From: an uncultured Candidatus Saccharibacteria bacterium
GTDB taxonomy: Bacteria > Patescibacteriota > Minisyncoccia > UBA6257 > Colwellbacteraceae
Direction: 5' to 3'
Assembly (NCBI GenBank): GCA_964559765.1
Contig: CAZLHU010000002.1
Span: 10,075-74,074, forward strand
DNA length: 64,000 nt
Part shown: positions 47,504-56,591 of the stretch, in pieces
Layout of the letters: every line of letters begins with the position of its first letter
How positions within the stretch are numbered: the first letter of the stretch is position 1
Translations under genes and position numbers: made by a program
The notes under the pieces: model-generated
The model's input: only the letters and a program-made list of their open reading frames with translations
What the model was told of the DNA's origin: nothing
Databases searched by the model: none

Positions 47504-49360
47504 CTAAATCTTGCGCTTTTTTATGACTACGACCGACGAAACTGACGCCAATACCAAAAGGCCGACCAATGCTATGACATTCCAGGGAGTTTCATTGCTC
47601 TGAGGAGGATATCCTGTATTCGGAAGCTTCGGAGCGGCTACGGCGACAGCTACTGTCGATGAGTGGGTAACCGTAAAGCCGTTGGCGCTGCCCTGGGCCG
47701 TAGCGGTGTTCGTGGTCGTCTGGCTCAAATTCATCTGGCAAGAGTAAGTCCACGTTTCGCTTGGATCAAGCAACCCGTTGCTGTTAGCGTCGCCAGTAGG
47801 ACTGCTTATTTGGGAGCACTTGTTATCGACAAGCGTTACGTTGCTAAGCGGCACGGTGCCTGGATTGGTCACCAGATAGGTGTACGTAACCGATCCCCCG
47901 CCAGCGGGCAGGAATAATGGCGCAGGCACTTTTACCAAATTGATCAATGGCGGCACAACCGAAGACCCGACGACGACCGTAGCATTGGCTGTATCAGAGG
48001 CGATCAATCCGTTTGCCTTTCCGGTCGCGGTGACTGTGTCACTGGTTGTCTTAGAGAGCGTGGCAGTGCAACTATAGCTCCATTTATCACCCACACCGAG
48101 CGTTGAATTGGGATTTATACTCCCGGAAATGGTGACGGGACTGCACTCATTGTCGGTTACCGTCACATTGGTCATGGGAACTATCCCAACATTCGATACT
48201 GTGTAATTGTATGTGACAGTCCCCGGTCCAGAGGGTAGAGCCAGAGGGCTGGGTATCTTCGTGACGTTTATCAGTGGCGGCACGGGCACTACCGCTAAAG
48301 CCACATCACTGTTGGTCAGATAGCAAACGTAATTATGACTGCTGCCGGCCGTAACGGTTATCTGACCATTGGCATTACAATCGCCGGAAAAAGTGGCCTT
48401 ATACTTAGAAATATTATTGGTCTCGGTAACTTTATAGGTACCCGAAGCCAAATATACTGTATTACCAGAGGTTACGGGCGTTCCGCTTACAAATAAGGGG
48501 AAATTGGCAGCAGTCGACGTTCCGCCATTATCGTTTATGACCTCCTTGAAAATAGTGACACTGTTTAGACTACTGCCCAGCGAAGATCCACCGGACGTGG
48601 TAACTGGAGCTGAACACGTCGGTACAATTATATGGTCCGTATCACCGGTCGTAATTGTCCCGTTAAGCAGCGATATTGCGCTTCCTGTCCACGTGGTGTT
48701 GTCGCCGACGGTAATGGCGTTATTATTGTCTATGTCCGTTCCGATGAACGTCGTATTGGCGGCAAGCGTCGTAGCCGCAGTCGCCGTCCAAAAGACATTG
48801 CAGGCTGATGCGCCATTAGACAATGTGATAACTGAGCCGGCATCCGAAGTTAGAGCGCCATCGGCTCTAAAGATATATGTCCCGCTGCCGTTCAGGGTTA
48901 CATTGCCTCCAACATCCATGGCTCCCGTACTGCAATACACTCCAGGAGTATAGACGCCTACGGTGCCGGGATGCGACGTGTCAGTGGCAAGGTCCACACT
49001 CCCACCTACCAGAGTGAAGGTGAACGTACATGGCTGACTAGCAATGCCGGTAGATACATTTGATAGGGCATTCGATGCGTCTGTAAGCGCCTGAGAATAA
49101 GGAGCTACTGAGCCGTAGTATGTATTCTGCGCACCCAACGAAGGTTTAACGCTCGGTCCAGTCGTGAATCCTACGTCCCCATTGATCGACGTGGCCGCCC
49201 AAGAGTTGCTATAGGTGCTGCCGGCTAGGACGCCATAGGTCGACGCCATTCCAAGAGATGGAGATGTTTGCGCGAATGCAGTAACCGGCCCAGTCAGGCC
49301 GAATATGAGAGATACGGCAAACGCCGTTGTTATTACTAATACGTTATTAAATCTTTTCAT
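47504..49360 (-). CDS. Cell-wall-anchored surface protein: signal peptide, ice-binding-like (DUF3494-type) domain, two DUF11 repeats, LPNTG sorting signal with hydrophobic helix and KKRKI tail
   Basis: N-terminus MKRFNNVLVITTAFAVSLIFG..AFAQ. DUF3494-like ASTYGVLAGSTYSNSWAATSINGDVGF. DUF11-like NVTVTDNECSPVTISG..WSYSC. C-terminus KLPNTGYPPQ..VIALVGLLVLASV..KKRKI. Confidence 0.8.
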   Translation of the reverse strand: MKRFNNVLVITTAFAVSLIFGLTGPVTAFAQTSPSLGMASTYGVLAGSTYSNSWAATSINGDVGFTTGPSVKPSLGAQNTYYGSVAPYSQALTDASNALSNVSTGIASQPCTFTFTLVGGSVDLATDTSHPGTVGVYTPGVYCSTGAMDVGGNVTLNGSGTYIFRADGALTSDAGSVITLSNGASACNVFWTATAATTLAANTTFIGTDIDNNNAITVGDNTTWTGSAISLLNGTITTGDTDHIIVPTCSAPVTTSGGSSLGSSLNSVTIFKEVINDNGGTSTAANFPLFVSGTPVTSGNTVYLASGTYKVTETNNISKYKATFSGDCNANGQITVTAGSSHNYVCYLTNSDVALAVVPVPPLINVTKIPSPLALPSGPGTVTYNYTVSNVGIVPMTNVTVTDNECSPVTISGSINPNSTLGVGDKWSYSCTATLSKTTSDTVTATGKANGLIASDTANATVVVGSSVVPPLINLVKVPAPLFLPAGGGSVTYTYLVTNPGTVPLSNVTLVDNKCSQISSPTGDANSNGLLDPSETWTYSCQMNLSQTTTNTATAQGSANGFTVTHSSTVAVAVAAPKLPNTGYPPQSNETPWNVIALVGLLVLASVSSVVVIKKRKI

Positions 49361-49545
49361 TTGTTTTTATTTGTTTTTATTCGACTTATTGATTCCAGCG
49401 AACCACGTAGCAGCCGACCACTAATACGGATTCGTAAAAGCCATTGCAATAATTATACCATCCCCTACTTTTTTAGGCCGTATACAAAGACGGGGCTGTG
49501 AATAAAAAGACAGACCATCAGCCAACTCCTTGGATTTCTAATAAA

Positions 49546-49567
49546 ATTAGGCTTTGCCTAGCCTAAT
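49546..49567 (-). terminator. Intrinsic terminator after the toastrack gene
   Basis: attaggc-tttgccta-gcctaat, followed on the minus strand by UUUAUU. An adjacent 12-nt palindrome ccccaattgggg lies at 49586-49597. Confidence 0.5.
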
Positions 49568-49603
49568 AGCTATGACGTTTATAAACCCCAATTGGGGCCT
49601 TGC

Positions 49604-50110
49604 TTAATTGACTATTTCTATGCCGCCGAATACTACAGAACCTCTTAGGTTAAGGGTTACTTTACCCTCCCCTTTCTCGGTTTGGTCGTTTATCCCACCG
49701 AATATAGCGGAACTCTTGGAATTGACTGTCCAATCTTTAGGAATTACCAGTTTCATGCCGCCGAATACCGCCGAGAACTCTAGATCCACGGCCCTTGCTT
49801 CTGTTTTAACTTTGCTGAGGTCTATCTTTCCTCCGGCGAATATCATGGATACGCTTCCTCCTTTGAAGTTATTGGAAGAAACATCCTTATACAACGGACT
49901 GAAAATAGCCACTTCATTAAGATTGTCCTCGGTGGATGCCGTGGCTGTATACCCCTTCCAGTCGCCGTGGCGCCCGCCGCCGCTTAAAATCCTTACCCCG
50001 ATCGCTATGATCAACAGTGCTATAAGAAACTTGAACAGGGACAACCCGACCAGCGCGCTGAGACCGATTGCGATTATTATTACGCCGGCGATTAATCTTC
50101 CTCTGTTCAT
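49604..50110 (-). CDS. Toastrack-domain protein (LiaF / DUF2154 / DUF4097-like C-terminal beta domain) with one TM pair (start at MNRGRL)
   Basis: Repeated FGG/AGG beta-strand motifs (IFAGGKIDL..AVFGGMKLV..AIFGGI..VVFGGIEI). The upstream 126 codons of the track ORF belong to the overlapping gene region. Confidence 0.6.
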   Translation of the reverse strand: MNRGRLIAGVIIIAIGLSALVGLSLFKFLIALLIIAIGVRILSGGGRHGDWKGYTATASTEDNLNEVAIFSPLYKDVSSNNFKGGSVSMIFAGGKIDLSKVKTEARAVDLEFSAVFGGMKLVIPKDWTVNSKSSAIFGGINDQTEKGEGKVTLNLRGSVVFGGIEIVN

Positions 50111-50607
50111 TTGTTTATATTTATTTGTATCTGTTGTGGCTGCATAATTAGCGAATTTACGCTTGGAGGCAAGGAATTGGCGACAACCGGATCCACTTTC
50201 GCCAACCCATAGACTATCACGACTACGCAAAGGGCTATGGCCACGAGCGCCACCAAGATTCTGCCGACCGAAGTTCTGCCAAGCAGTATGTCCAATCCCC
50301 AGATGATCAGTATCACCGGCCAGAAAGGAACGAGCGCCACCCAGAATGCATGGGATATCAACCCGAAGCCATTGAGTAATAAAATCACACCTACGAGCAA
50401 GATCAAAAGCCCCCACAACATGCTTCCGTGATGATGGGGATGGTTGTTTCTCCACTCTTCCTTGTGGCACTCCCTCTCTTCTCGCCATTTATCGCGCTCA
50501 TCCCATTTGGAGCTACCACCAAACCGACGCGAGTCGATTTCCTCCCCGAATATATGTATATGCGACTGGGAAGAATTATTATCCTTATTTTCCTCTGCGG
50601 ACATCAC
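50107..50607 (-). CDS. Four-TM membrane protein with acidic/His-rich N-terminus (HKEEWRNNHPHHHG); membrane partner of the toastrack protein
   Basis: Its stop overlaps the downstream start as ATGA. Together this is a LiaF-like architecture split in two. Confidence 0.6.
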   Translation of the reverse strand: MMSAEENKDNNSSQSHIHIFGEEIDSRRFGGSSKWDERDKWREERECHKEEWRNNHPHHHGSMLWGLLILLVGVILLLNGFGLISHAFWVALVPFWPVILIIWGLDILLGRTSVGRILVALVAIALCVVVIVYGLAKVDPVVANSLPPSVNSLIMQPQQIQININK

Positions 50608-50695
50608 ATTGATAATACTACCAACGCATTGATCTTTAAAGGCGGGCCCTCCGGTCTAGCTTGCTTTTTTAATCTTCTCGTCTAGAATAAACGCG

Positions 50696-51271
50696 ATGCT
50701 TTCATATACGGAACTGAAAAAGGGCGTGCTCTTCGCTTTTGAGGGAGATCCATACGAAGTTGTTGATTCGGAGTTTTTGAGGATGCAACAAAGGAAAGCT
50801 GTGGTCAAAACCAAGATCCGCAACCTCATAACCGGAAAGCTGCTCGACAGGACCTGGCAGGCCAGCGACTATTTCGAAGAGGTGGAGATAGAGCGAAAAG
50901 AGGCAGTGTTCATCTATAAGAACCGCGGCGAATGCTGGTTCAACTTTGCCAATGATACAAAGAACCGCTTCAAGTTCGACGAAGCGGCAATACCGGATAT
51001 AGCTCCTTTTCTCAAGGCCAATATGACGGTCACCGCATGGATATTCCGCGATAAGGTAATAAAGATAGAGATACCGATAAAGATGGATTTCGAAGTGATC
51101 GATGCCCCACCAGCCGTCAAAGGCAATACCGCACAGGGCGGCACTAAAATAGTGACTATCGAGGGCGGTGCAAAGATATCAGTACCATTGTTCGTCAACG
51201 CCGGCGATTACATCAGGGTTAACACCCAGACCAAGGAGTATTACGAGCGAGCCGATAAGCCGAAGGCTTAA
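50696..51271 (+). CDS. efp: Elongation factor P
   Basis: 191 aa; KGVLFAFEGDPYEVVDSEF; three OB-fold layout. Confidence 0.85.
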   Translation: MLSYTELKKGVLFAFEGDPYEVVDSEFLRMQQRKAVVKTKIRNLITGKLLDRTWQASDYFEEVEIERKEAVFIYKNRGECWFNFANDTKNRFKFDEAAIPDIAPFLKANMTVTAWIFRDKVIKIEIPIKMDFEVIDAPPAVKGNTAQGGTKIVTIEGGAKISVPLFVNAGDYIRVNTQTKEYYERADKPKA

Positions 51272-51837
51272 ATTCCAAGGGTCGGCGGCAGAATATTTCC
51301 CCTTATAGCGTTCCACCAGGGATAGTTCATCCGTTCTATCCTTTTTACCTCCCCTTCATAGATCGGTTTGAAAAATACGTTCCCGACCTGCATCTCTTCA
51401 TAGCATTTAGAGACCAGCGACAATCGGTCGGCTAGTTTGACTACCTGGGATTCCTTGCTGCGCTGAGCGGCTTCCTCCTTCCATATGGCTATATATTCTT
51501 CCTGCAATCCCTGAGGAAGGTTCTCAAACATGAACGCGATCGTCTGTTCATTGACGCTCCTTATCGCCTCCAGGATTTGGTCGTTATAATGCTTAAAGGG
51601 GTTGACTATGTCGCCGCTGAATCCTTCTTCGACGTCGTGAATCGAGGCCATCTTCAATACCTTGGCCTCATCTATCTCCTCTCCTGCTTGCTTTAAAAAA
51701 TAGAGAATGGTTGTTGCGAAATAAACAGTATAAAAAGAATGTTCCGCCACAGATTCTATGAAATGCTGGGGCGTACCGTTAAACCTCACGACATGGGATA
51801 GAGACCTTCCTAAAAAATGTTCAAAAGTGTTGGCCAT
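51268..51837 (-). CDS. HD-domain phosphohydrolase (YfbR-like; start at MANTFEHF)
   Basis: ESVAEHS, HDVEE, KLADRL motifs. Confidence 0.65.
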   Translation of the reverse strand: MANTFEHFLGRSLSHVVRFNGTPQHFIESVAEHSFYTVYFATTILYFLKQAGEEIDEAKVLKMASIHDVEEGFSGDIVNPFKHYNDQILEAIRSVNEQTIAFMFENLPQGLQEEYIAIWKEEAAQRSKESQVVKLADRLSLVSKCYEEMQVGNVFFKPIYEGEVKRIERMNYPWWNAIRGNILPPTLGI

Positions 51838-52090
51838 CTTAATCCATTCAAGTCGTTGCTGAACTAAAGTCCCGCTCCAAGTGTGATATCCCGGCTTTAG
51901 CCAGGTGGGCAGGCTCAATCTCAGCCCAAGGGCTGAAATGCTATCGCGAGCCCTAATAGGTCTATTTGATCCGGATACATTGGTAGCGGGACCTAACCTA
52001 ATTATACACCCTTTTACCGTTCGCAAGAGGATAACAAAAGAGCCCAATTAAGGGCTTTTTGTCACATTCCTCCACAAGATGAGAAAGGGC

Positions 52091-52690
52091 TTATAGGATG
52101 CCTTCCAATTCCGTGCCGTAAAGCATGGCTTCGTTGATCAGACGGTAATCAATCAACTCCGAAGGCCCGAACCAGAGCGAAATCTCCTTATTCGCCTCGT
52201 CAGTCGAACCGGATGCATGAATAAGATTGCGCACAGCGCGGTTCTCTCCGTCCGAAACCTCATAGGAGTCGATGGTGAAATCTCCGCGGATACTGCCGAC
52301 ATCCGAGGTCAGCGGCTCCGTTCCCCCTGTCAGCTTGCGGACAATGCCGACGGCGTGCATCCCCTGCCAAACCATGGCGATGACTGGTCCCTTCGTCATA
52401 TATCTCTTTAAGTTATTTAGAATGACCTCCGTGATCTTCAACGGATCTTCCGAAGGCGGCACCTTGCCTTTCTTTTTATACGACTCGATGGTCTTCATAC
52501 CCGTCTTTACACGCCACTCTGGGTCGATCAGATAGTGTTTTTCGATCAGCTCTATGGACGGGACCATCATCTTGATGCCTATAAGCTTCAAACCACTGCG
52601 TTCATAGCGCTGCACTATCTCGCCAATCAGGCTTCTCTGAATACCGTCAGGTTTTATTATCACCAACGTTCGTTCCTCTTTGGGATGCAT
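52091..52690 (-). CDS. ndk: Nucleoside diphosphate kinase (with ~45-aa insertion)
   Basis: ERTLVIIKPDG, NLIHASGS (active-site His). Confidence 0.75.
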   Translation of the reverse strand: MHPKEERTLVIIKPDGIQRSLIGEIVQRYERSGLKLIGIKMMVPSIELIEKHYLIDPEWRVKTGMKTIESYKKKGKVPPSEDPLKITEVILNNLKRYMTKGPVIAMVWQGMHAVGIVRKLTGGTEPLTSDVGSIRGDFTIDSYEVSDGENRAVRNLIHASGSTDEANKEISLWFGPSELIDYRLINEAMLYGTELEGIL

Positions 52691-54109
52691 TTATTTTATT
52701 TTTTCGTCTCTTAGTTTTATATGCAAGTCTCTCAACTGGGCCTCACTCACCTCGGAAGGCGCATTCATCAGCAAATCGCGGCCATCCCCTGTCTTTGGGA
52801 AAGCGATCACTTCGCGGATGTTCGGCTCGTTCTCCATGAGCATCACGAAACGATCGACTCCTGGAGCTATTCCGCCGTGAGGAGGAACGCCATATTCAAA
52901 AGCCTGAAGCATATGGCCGAATTGGGCTTGTATCGCCTTTGGATCGTTGCCCATCGCCTCGAAGACGGCGGCCAATAATTCTGGGTCGTGTATACGAATG
53001 GAACCTCCGCCTATCTCATACCCATTCAGCACAAAATCATACTGATCGGCGAGGATCGCGGCCGGGTCTTTCTTGAACGCCTCCCAGAACTCCTTGGTAT
53101 TCTTGACCCTGGGCTTGGTGAATGGGTGATGTACGGAATCCCAACGCTTTTCACTCTCTTTCCATTCAAATGCGGGGAAATCAACTACGAATAGAAACGC
53201 CAGTTCGTTGGGGTCATTCTTGTTCTGGCGAACATCGGGTTTATCGCTGTTATATTTGCTCATCGCCTCAGCATAGGACATCCTAGGAATCCGGCCATTC
53301 TTGTCCAACACGATCTTCTTGTCGGGATACAGCTTTTTGACCAGTCCCAGATACAAGTCTTCAATCAGCCCCATTACTTCATCTTGGTCGATAAAACTCA
53401 TCTCTATGTCCAGCTGAGTGAATTCGGGCTGCCTATCGCCCCGGGTATCCTCGTCCCTGAAACAGCGGGCGACCTGGAAATAACGCTCGATTCCGGCGAC
53501 CATCAAAAGCTGCTTATACTGCTGGGGAGATTGCGGCAGGGCGTAGAAGTCCCCCGAGTGCAATCGCGAAGGGACCAAATAGTCTCTTGCGCCTTCCGGA
53601 GTGGACTTGCCCAATATCGGCGTCTCAATTTCGACGAATCCCTTGTCGGCAAGGTAGTCGCGCATATATCTCAAGACCTTATGCCTGTTCCTAAGATTCT
53701 TCTGCATGCGGGCACGGCGCAAATCTAGATATCGGTAAGTCATACGTATATCCTCGCTAACCTCGTGTCCGTCCGTGCCTACGTCGAAAGGAGGCGTTTT
53801 GGCCTTAGTTATAACCTCAAGCTTTTCCACTGGAATTTCCAGCTTGCCCGTCGGTATTTCAGAGTTCTCCTGTCCCGACGGCCTTACGGTGACCTTACCA
53901 CGCACCCTTATCACCCACTCCGAACGCAAAGTATTGGCCAAGTCGTATAGTTCCTTGTCCTTAGGGGTAAATACTAGTTGAACGATACCTCTTCGATCGC
54001 GGATATCTATGAAGATTATCTTCCCGTGGTCCCTACGTCCGCCTACCCAGCCCGCAAGTTCCACTTCCTGGCCTTCTTTGCCAAGTATTTCCTCTGTTAG
54101 GATACGCAT
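52691..54109 (-). CDS. aspS: Aspartate--tRNA ligase, bacterial-type motifs but lacking the GAD insertion domain (472 aa)
   Basis: N-terminal OB fold; motif 2 [23 protein letters not shown] (E. coli AspRS: [23 protein letters not shown]). Confidence 0.8.
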   Translation of the reverse strand: [472 protein letters not shown]

Positions 54110-54200
54110 TATTGGAAGTGTACAACAACATCAGCAACAAAATCCAGTTGATATCGACTATCAACTGGATCATAGATTCGCACCAACTGCCGAGATGGTT

Positions 54201-54839
54201 TTATAGGAATCTGATGGTACCGATTATTTCCTTAACAAGACTTAGATTCATATCGCTAAATTGCAGCACGAGATACTGATAGACCTGGCTGCCAACGACG
54301 CTGTTTATTATGGTGACTGGCTCAGGATACTCGACTACCAGCATATCCTTGCCTATATCTCCTTTTATGGTGCTGGTTGCGACAATGAGATCTCCGCTTC
54401 GATTATCGACGTTTACAACTTCGATTATAGGACCGGCTCCGTAAGTCGCGCTGAACCCACCGCCGGAATTTTGGTTCGCAATTTGGGCGTTTATTAAATC
54501 GTCTACGGTGACCCCGCTGTCAGGCCTTATGCTGATCTGGGCATCGGCCTGCCCTTGAGTAGAGACTCCGCCATCCACGGCTCCGAATAATTGGAAATTT
54601 GGATACTTGAACGTGACCTTGAACTGTGGTGAGGAGTATACGTTCCAGTCTGAAGATTGGTCTTGAGTGGAAACTTGCAACGGGACGGGGGTCGATAATT
54701 TGGTGATATTGACGTTAGATTCAGCGCCCTTAGATAGGTTCACTCCATGATAGTAATAAATCAATGCGCCAAAAACGACGACTATCACGACGCACAGCAA
54801 AACGATTACTATTTTGTCCTTATTATTGTTCACGGTCAT
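54201..54839 (-). CDS. Hypothetical membrane-anchored protein
   Basis: N-terminal TM helix (IVIVLLCVVIVVVFGALIYYY); no recognisable family. Confidence 0.5.
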   Translation of the reverse strand: MTVNNNKDKIVIVLLCVVIVVVFGALIYYYHGVNLSKGAESNVNITKLSTPVPLQVSTQDQSSDWNVYSSPQFKVTFKYPNFQLFGAVDGGVSTQGQADAQISIRPDSGVTVDDLINAQIANQNSGGGFSATYGAGPIIEVVNVDNRSGDLIVATSTIKGDIGKDMLVVEYPEPVTIINSVVGSQVYQYLVLQFSDMNLSLVKEIIGTIRFL

Positions 54840-54851
54840 TGGTTATACTTA

Positions 54852-55376
54852 TTAAAATTCTATACCTAGTTCAGCTATCTTGCCATCGTTGAATGGATGC
54901 TTAATCTCATGGACATCGGTCACTAGATCCGCGGCGTCTATGAATTCCTGCGGGGCGCCTCTTCCTGTAAATATTACTATATTCTTCAGCGGAACTTTGT
55001 GCATAACCCTAAGCACTTCATCTGCGGGTATAAGACCCAGGGATACAGCGACGTTGACCTCGTCAAGAATAAGCATATCCCACTTATCCAGTTCCGATTC
55101 AATGAAAGCGAGGGCGTCATGCGCAGCCTCAATATGCTTCTCTTTGGGCAGTTGGTCTCCCAATATCCCAACAAAACCGAGGCCCATTTTCTTTATGACC
55201 AGCTTTCCAGCCCCATCCTCCCGCCGATGGATTTCCACGAAATCCTCCCCCGACTTCCATGGGCCCTTTATGAATTGGACCATAAGCACGTTGCGTCCCC
55301 GTCCGATCGCCCTTACGGCCTGGCCTAAAGCAGCGGTCGTCTTGCCCTTGCCGTTACCGGTAAAAAGTATGAGCAT
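54852..55376 (-). CDS. ATP:cob(I)alamin (corrinoid) adenosyltransferase, CobA/CobO/BtuR family
   Basis: LFTGNGKGKTTAALG..MVQFIKG..LDE..IFTGRG..VTDVHEIKHPF matches the CobA P-loop family along its whole length. Confidence 0.7.
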   Translation of the reverse strand: MLILFTGNGKGKTTAALGQAVRAIGRGRNVLMVQFIKGPWKSGEDFVEIHRREDGAGKLVIKKMGLGFVGILGDQLPKEKHIEAAHDALAFIESELDKWDMLILDEVNVAVSLGLIPADEVLRVMHKVPLKNIVIFTGRGAPQEFIDAADLVTDVHEIKHPFNDGKIAELGIEF

Positions 55377-55393
55377 GGGTTAATTTTAACATA

Positions 55394-56521
55394 CTAGGCC
55401 GAGCCGATTATCGTTCCCCCGCCAAGCATCTCGCCTTCTTTGGAATAGAAGACTGCCGATTGTCCTAAGGCAACGAATTTCTGAGGATGATTGAATGCGA
55501 GCCTGGACGTTCCGTCAGATCCAGTCGTTAATGTGGCTTCAGACAGGCGCTGGCGATAGCGCACCCTGGCCATGACCGGCACGCCGCCTTTGTCCGACAT
55601 ATCGCTTTTGCGATTTATGACATTTACATCGGACAGATCAACCTCGTTACGGTAAAGGACGGGGTTGTCTTCGCCCTCAGCCACGACCAGAGTGTTCGTC
55701 CTGACATCCTTGTCGGACACATACACTGGCCTGGTATCTTTGGGGCCCGGCACGCCGATATGCGGATGCCTCAGGTTTACGCCGAGATGGCGTTGGCCGA
55801 TGGTATAGAACTGTGCGCCGTTATGCTCACCCACTTTTTCTCCTTTCACGTTCAATACATTCCCCTTTTCCTCTGGGATGTATTTGGATAGGAAATCGGC
55901 GATCGTGACCTTGCCGATGAAACAGATTCCCTGCGAGTCCTTCTTTGCAGCCGTAGGCAGCCCCGCCTCTTTGGCGATCGTCCTTACTTCCGGTTTGATA
56001 TAGTCCCCGAGGGGAAACAGGCAACGCTTCAACTGTCTTTGGGTAAGGGTCCATAGGAAATAGCTCTGGTCTTTATTCTTGTCTTTCGCCTCAAACAAGC
56101 TGAAGCCGTCTCCGGATTTGGCAATTTTCACATAATGACCGGTAGCGACATAGTCAGCCCCCATCTCCATTGCCCGGTCCATGAATAGGCCGAATTTTAT
56201 TTCCCTGTTACAGGCCACGTCAGGATTGGGGGTGATGCCGTTGCGATAGCCTTGGATCATGTATTCCACGACTTTCGCTTCATATTCCTTTTCCATGTCG
56301 AAGACATAGAAAGGAATGTCTAATTTATTGGCCACGCGGCGCGCGTCTTCGGCCTCGCGCACATCGCAGCCGTCCACGTTCCAGCAACGCAGATGTACGC
56401 CGACGACGTCATAGCCGTCCTTTTTGAGCAGGTATGCGGCGACAGAGGAATCAACTCCCCCTGACAGGCCCACGAAGACCAGCTTCTTCTTTGATCCTGA
56501 ATTGGTATTCTCCATATGCAT
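55394..56521 (-). CDS. mnmA: tRNA-specific 2-thiouridylase MnmA
   Basis: PP-loop SGGVDSS, catalytic Cys region CNREIKF, C-terminal barrel. Confidence 0.85.
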   Translation of the reverse strand: MHMENTNSGSKKKLVFVGLSGGVDSSVAAYLLKKDGYDVVGVHLRCWNVDGCDVREAEDARRVANKLDIPFYVFDMEKEYEAKVVEYMIQGYRNGITPNPDVACNREIKFGLFMDRAMEMGADYVATGHYVKIAKSGDGFSLFEAKDKNKDQSYFLWTLTQRQLKRCLFPLGDYIKPEVRTIAKEAGLPTAAKKDSQGICFIGKVTIADFLSKYIPEEKGNVLNVKGEKVGEHNGAQFYTIGQRHLGVNLRHPHIGVPGPKDTRPVYVSDKDVRTNTLVVAEGEDNPVLYRNEVDLSDVNVINRKSDMSDKGGVPVMARVRYRQRLSEATLTTGSDGTSRLAFNHPQKFVALGQSAVFYSKEGEMLGGGTIIGSA

Positions 56522-56591
56522 ATGACCTACACAAAGTACTTAATCGACCCTGACGAGTCAATCAGCTGTGGCGCATAATTCACGATCCGGG

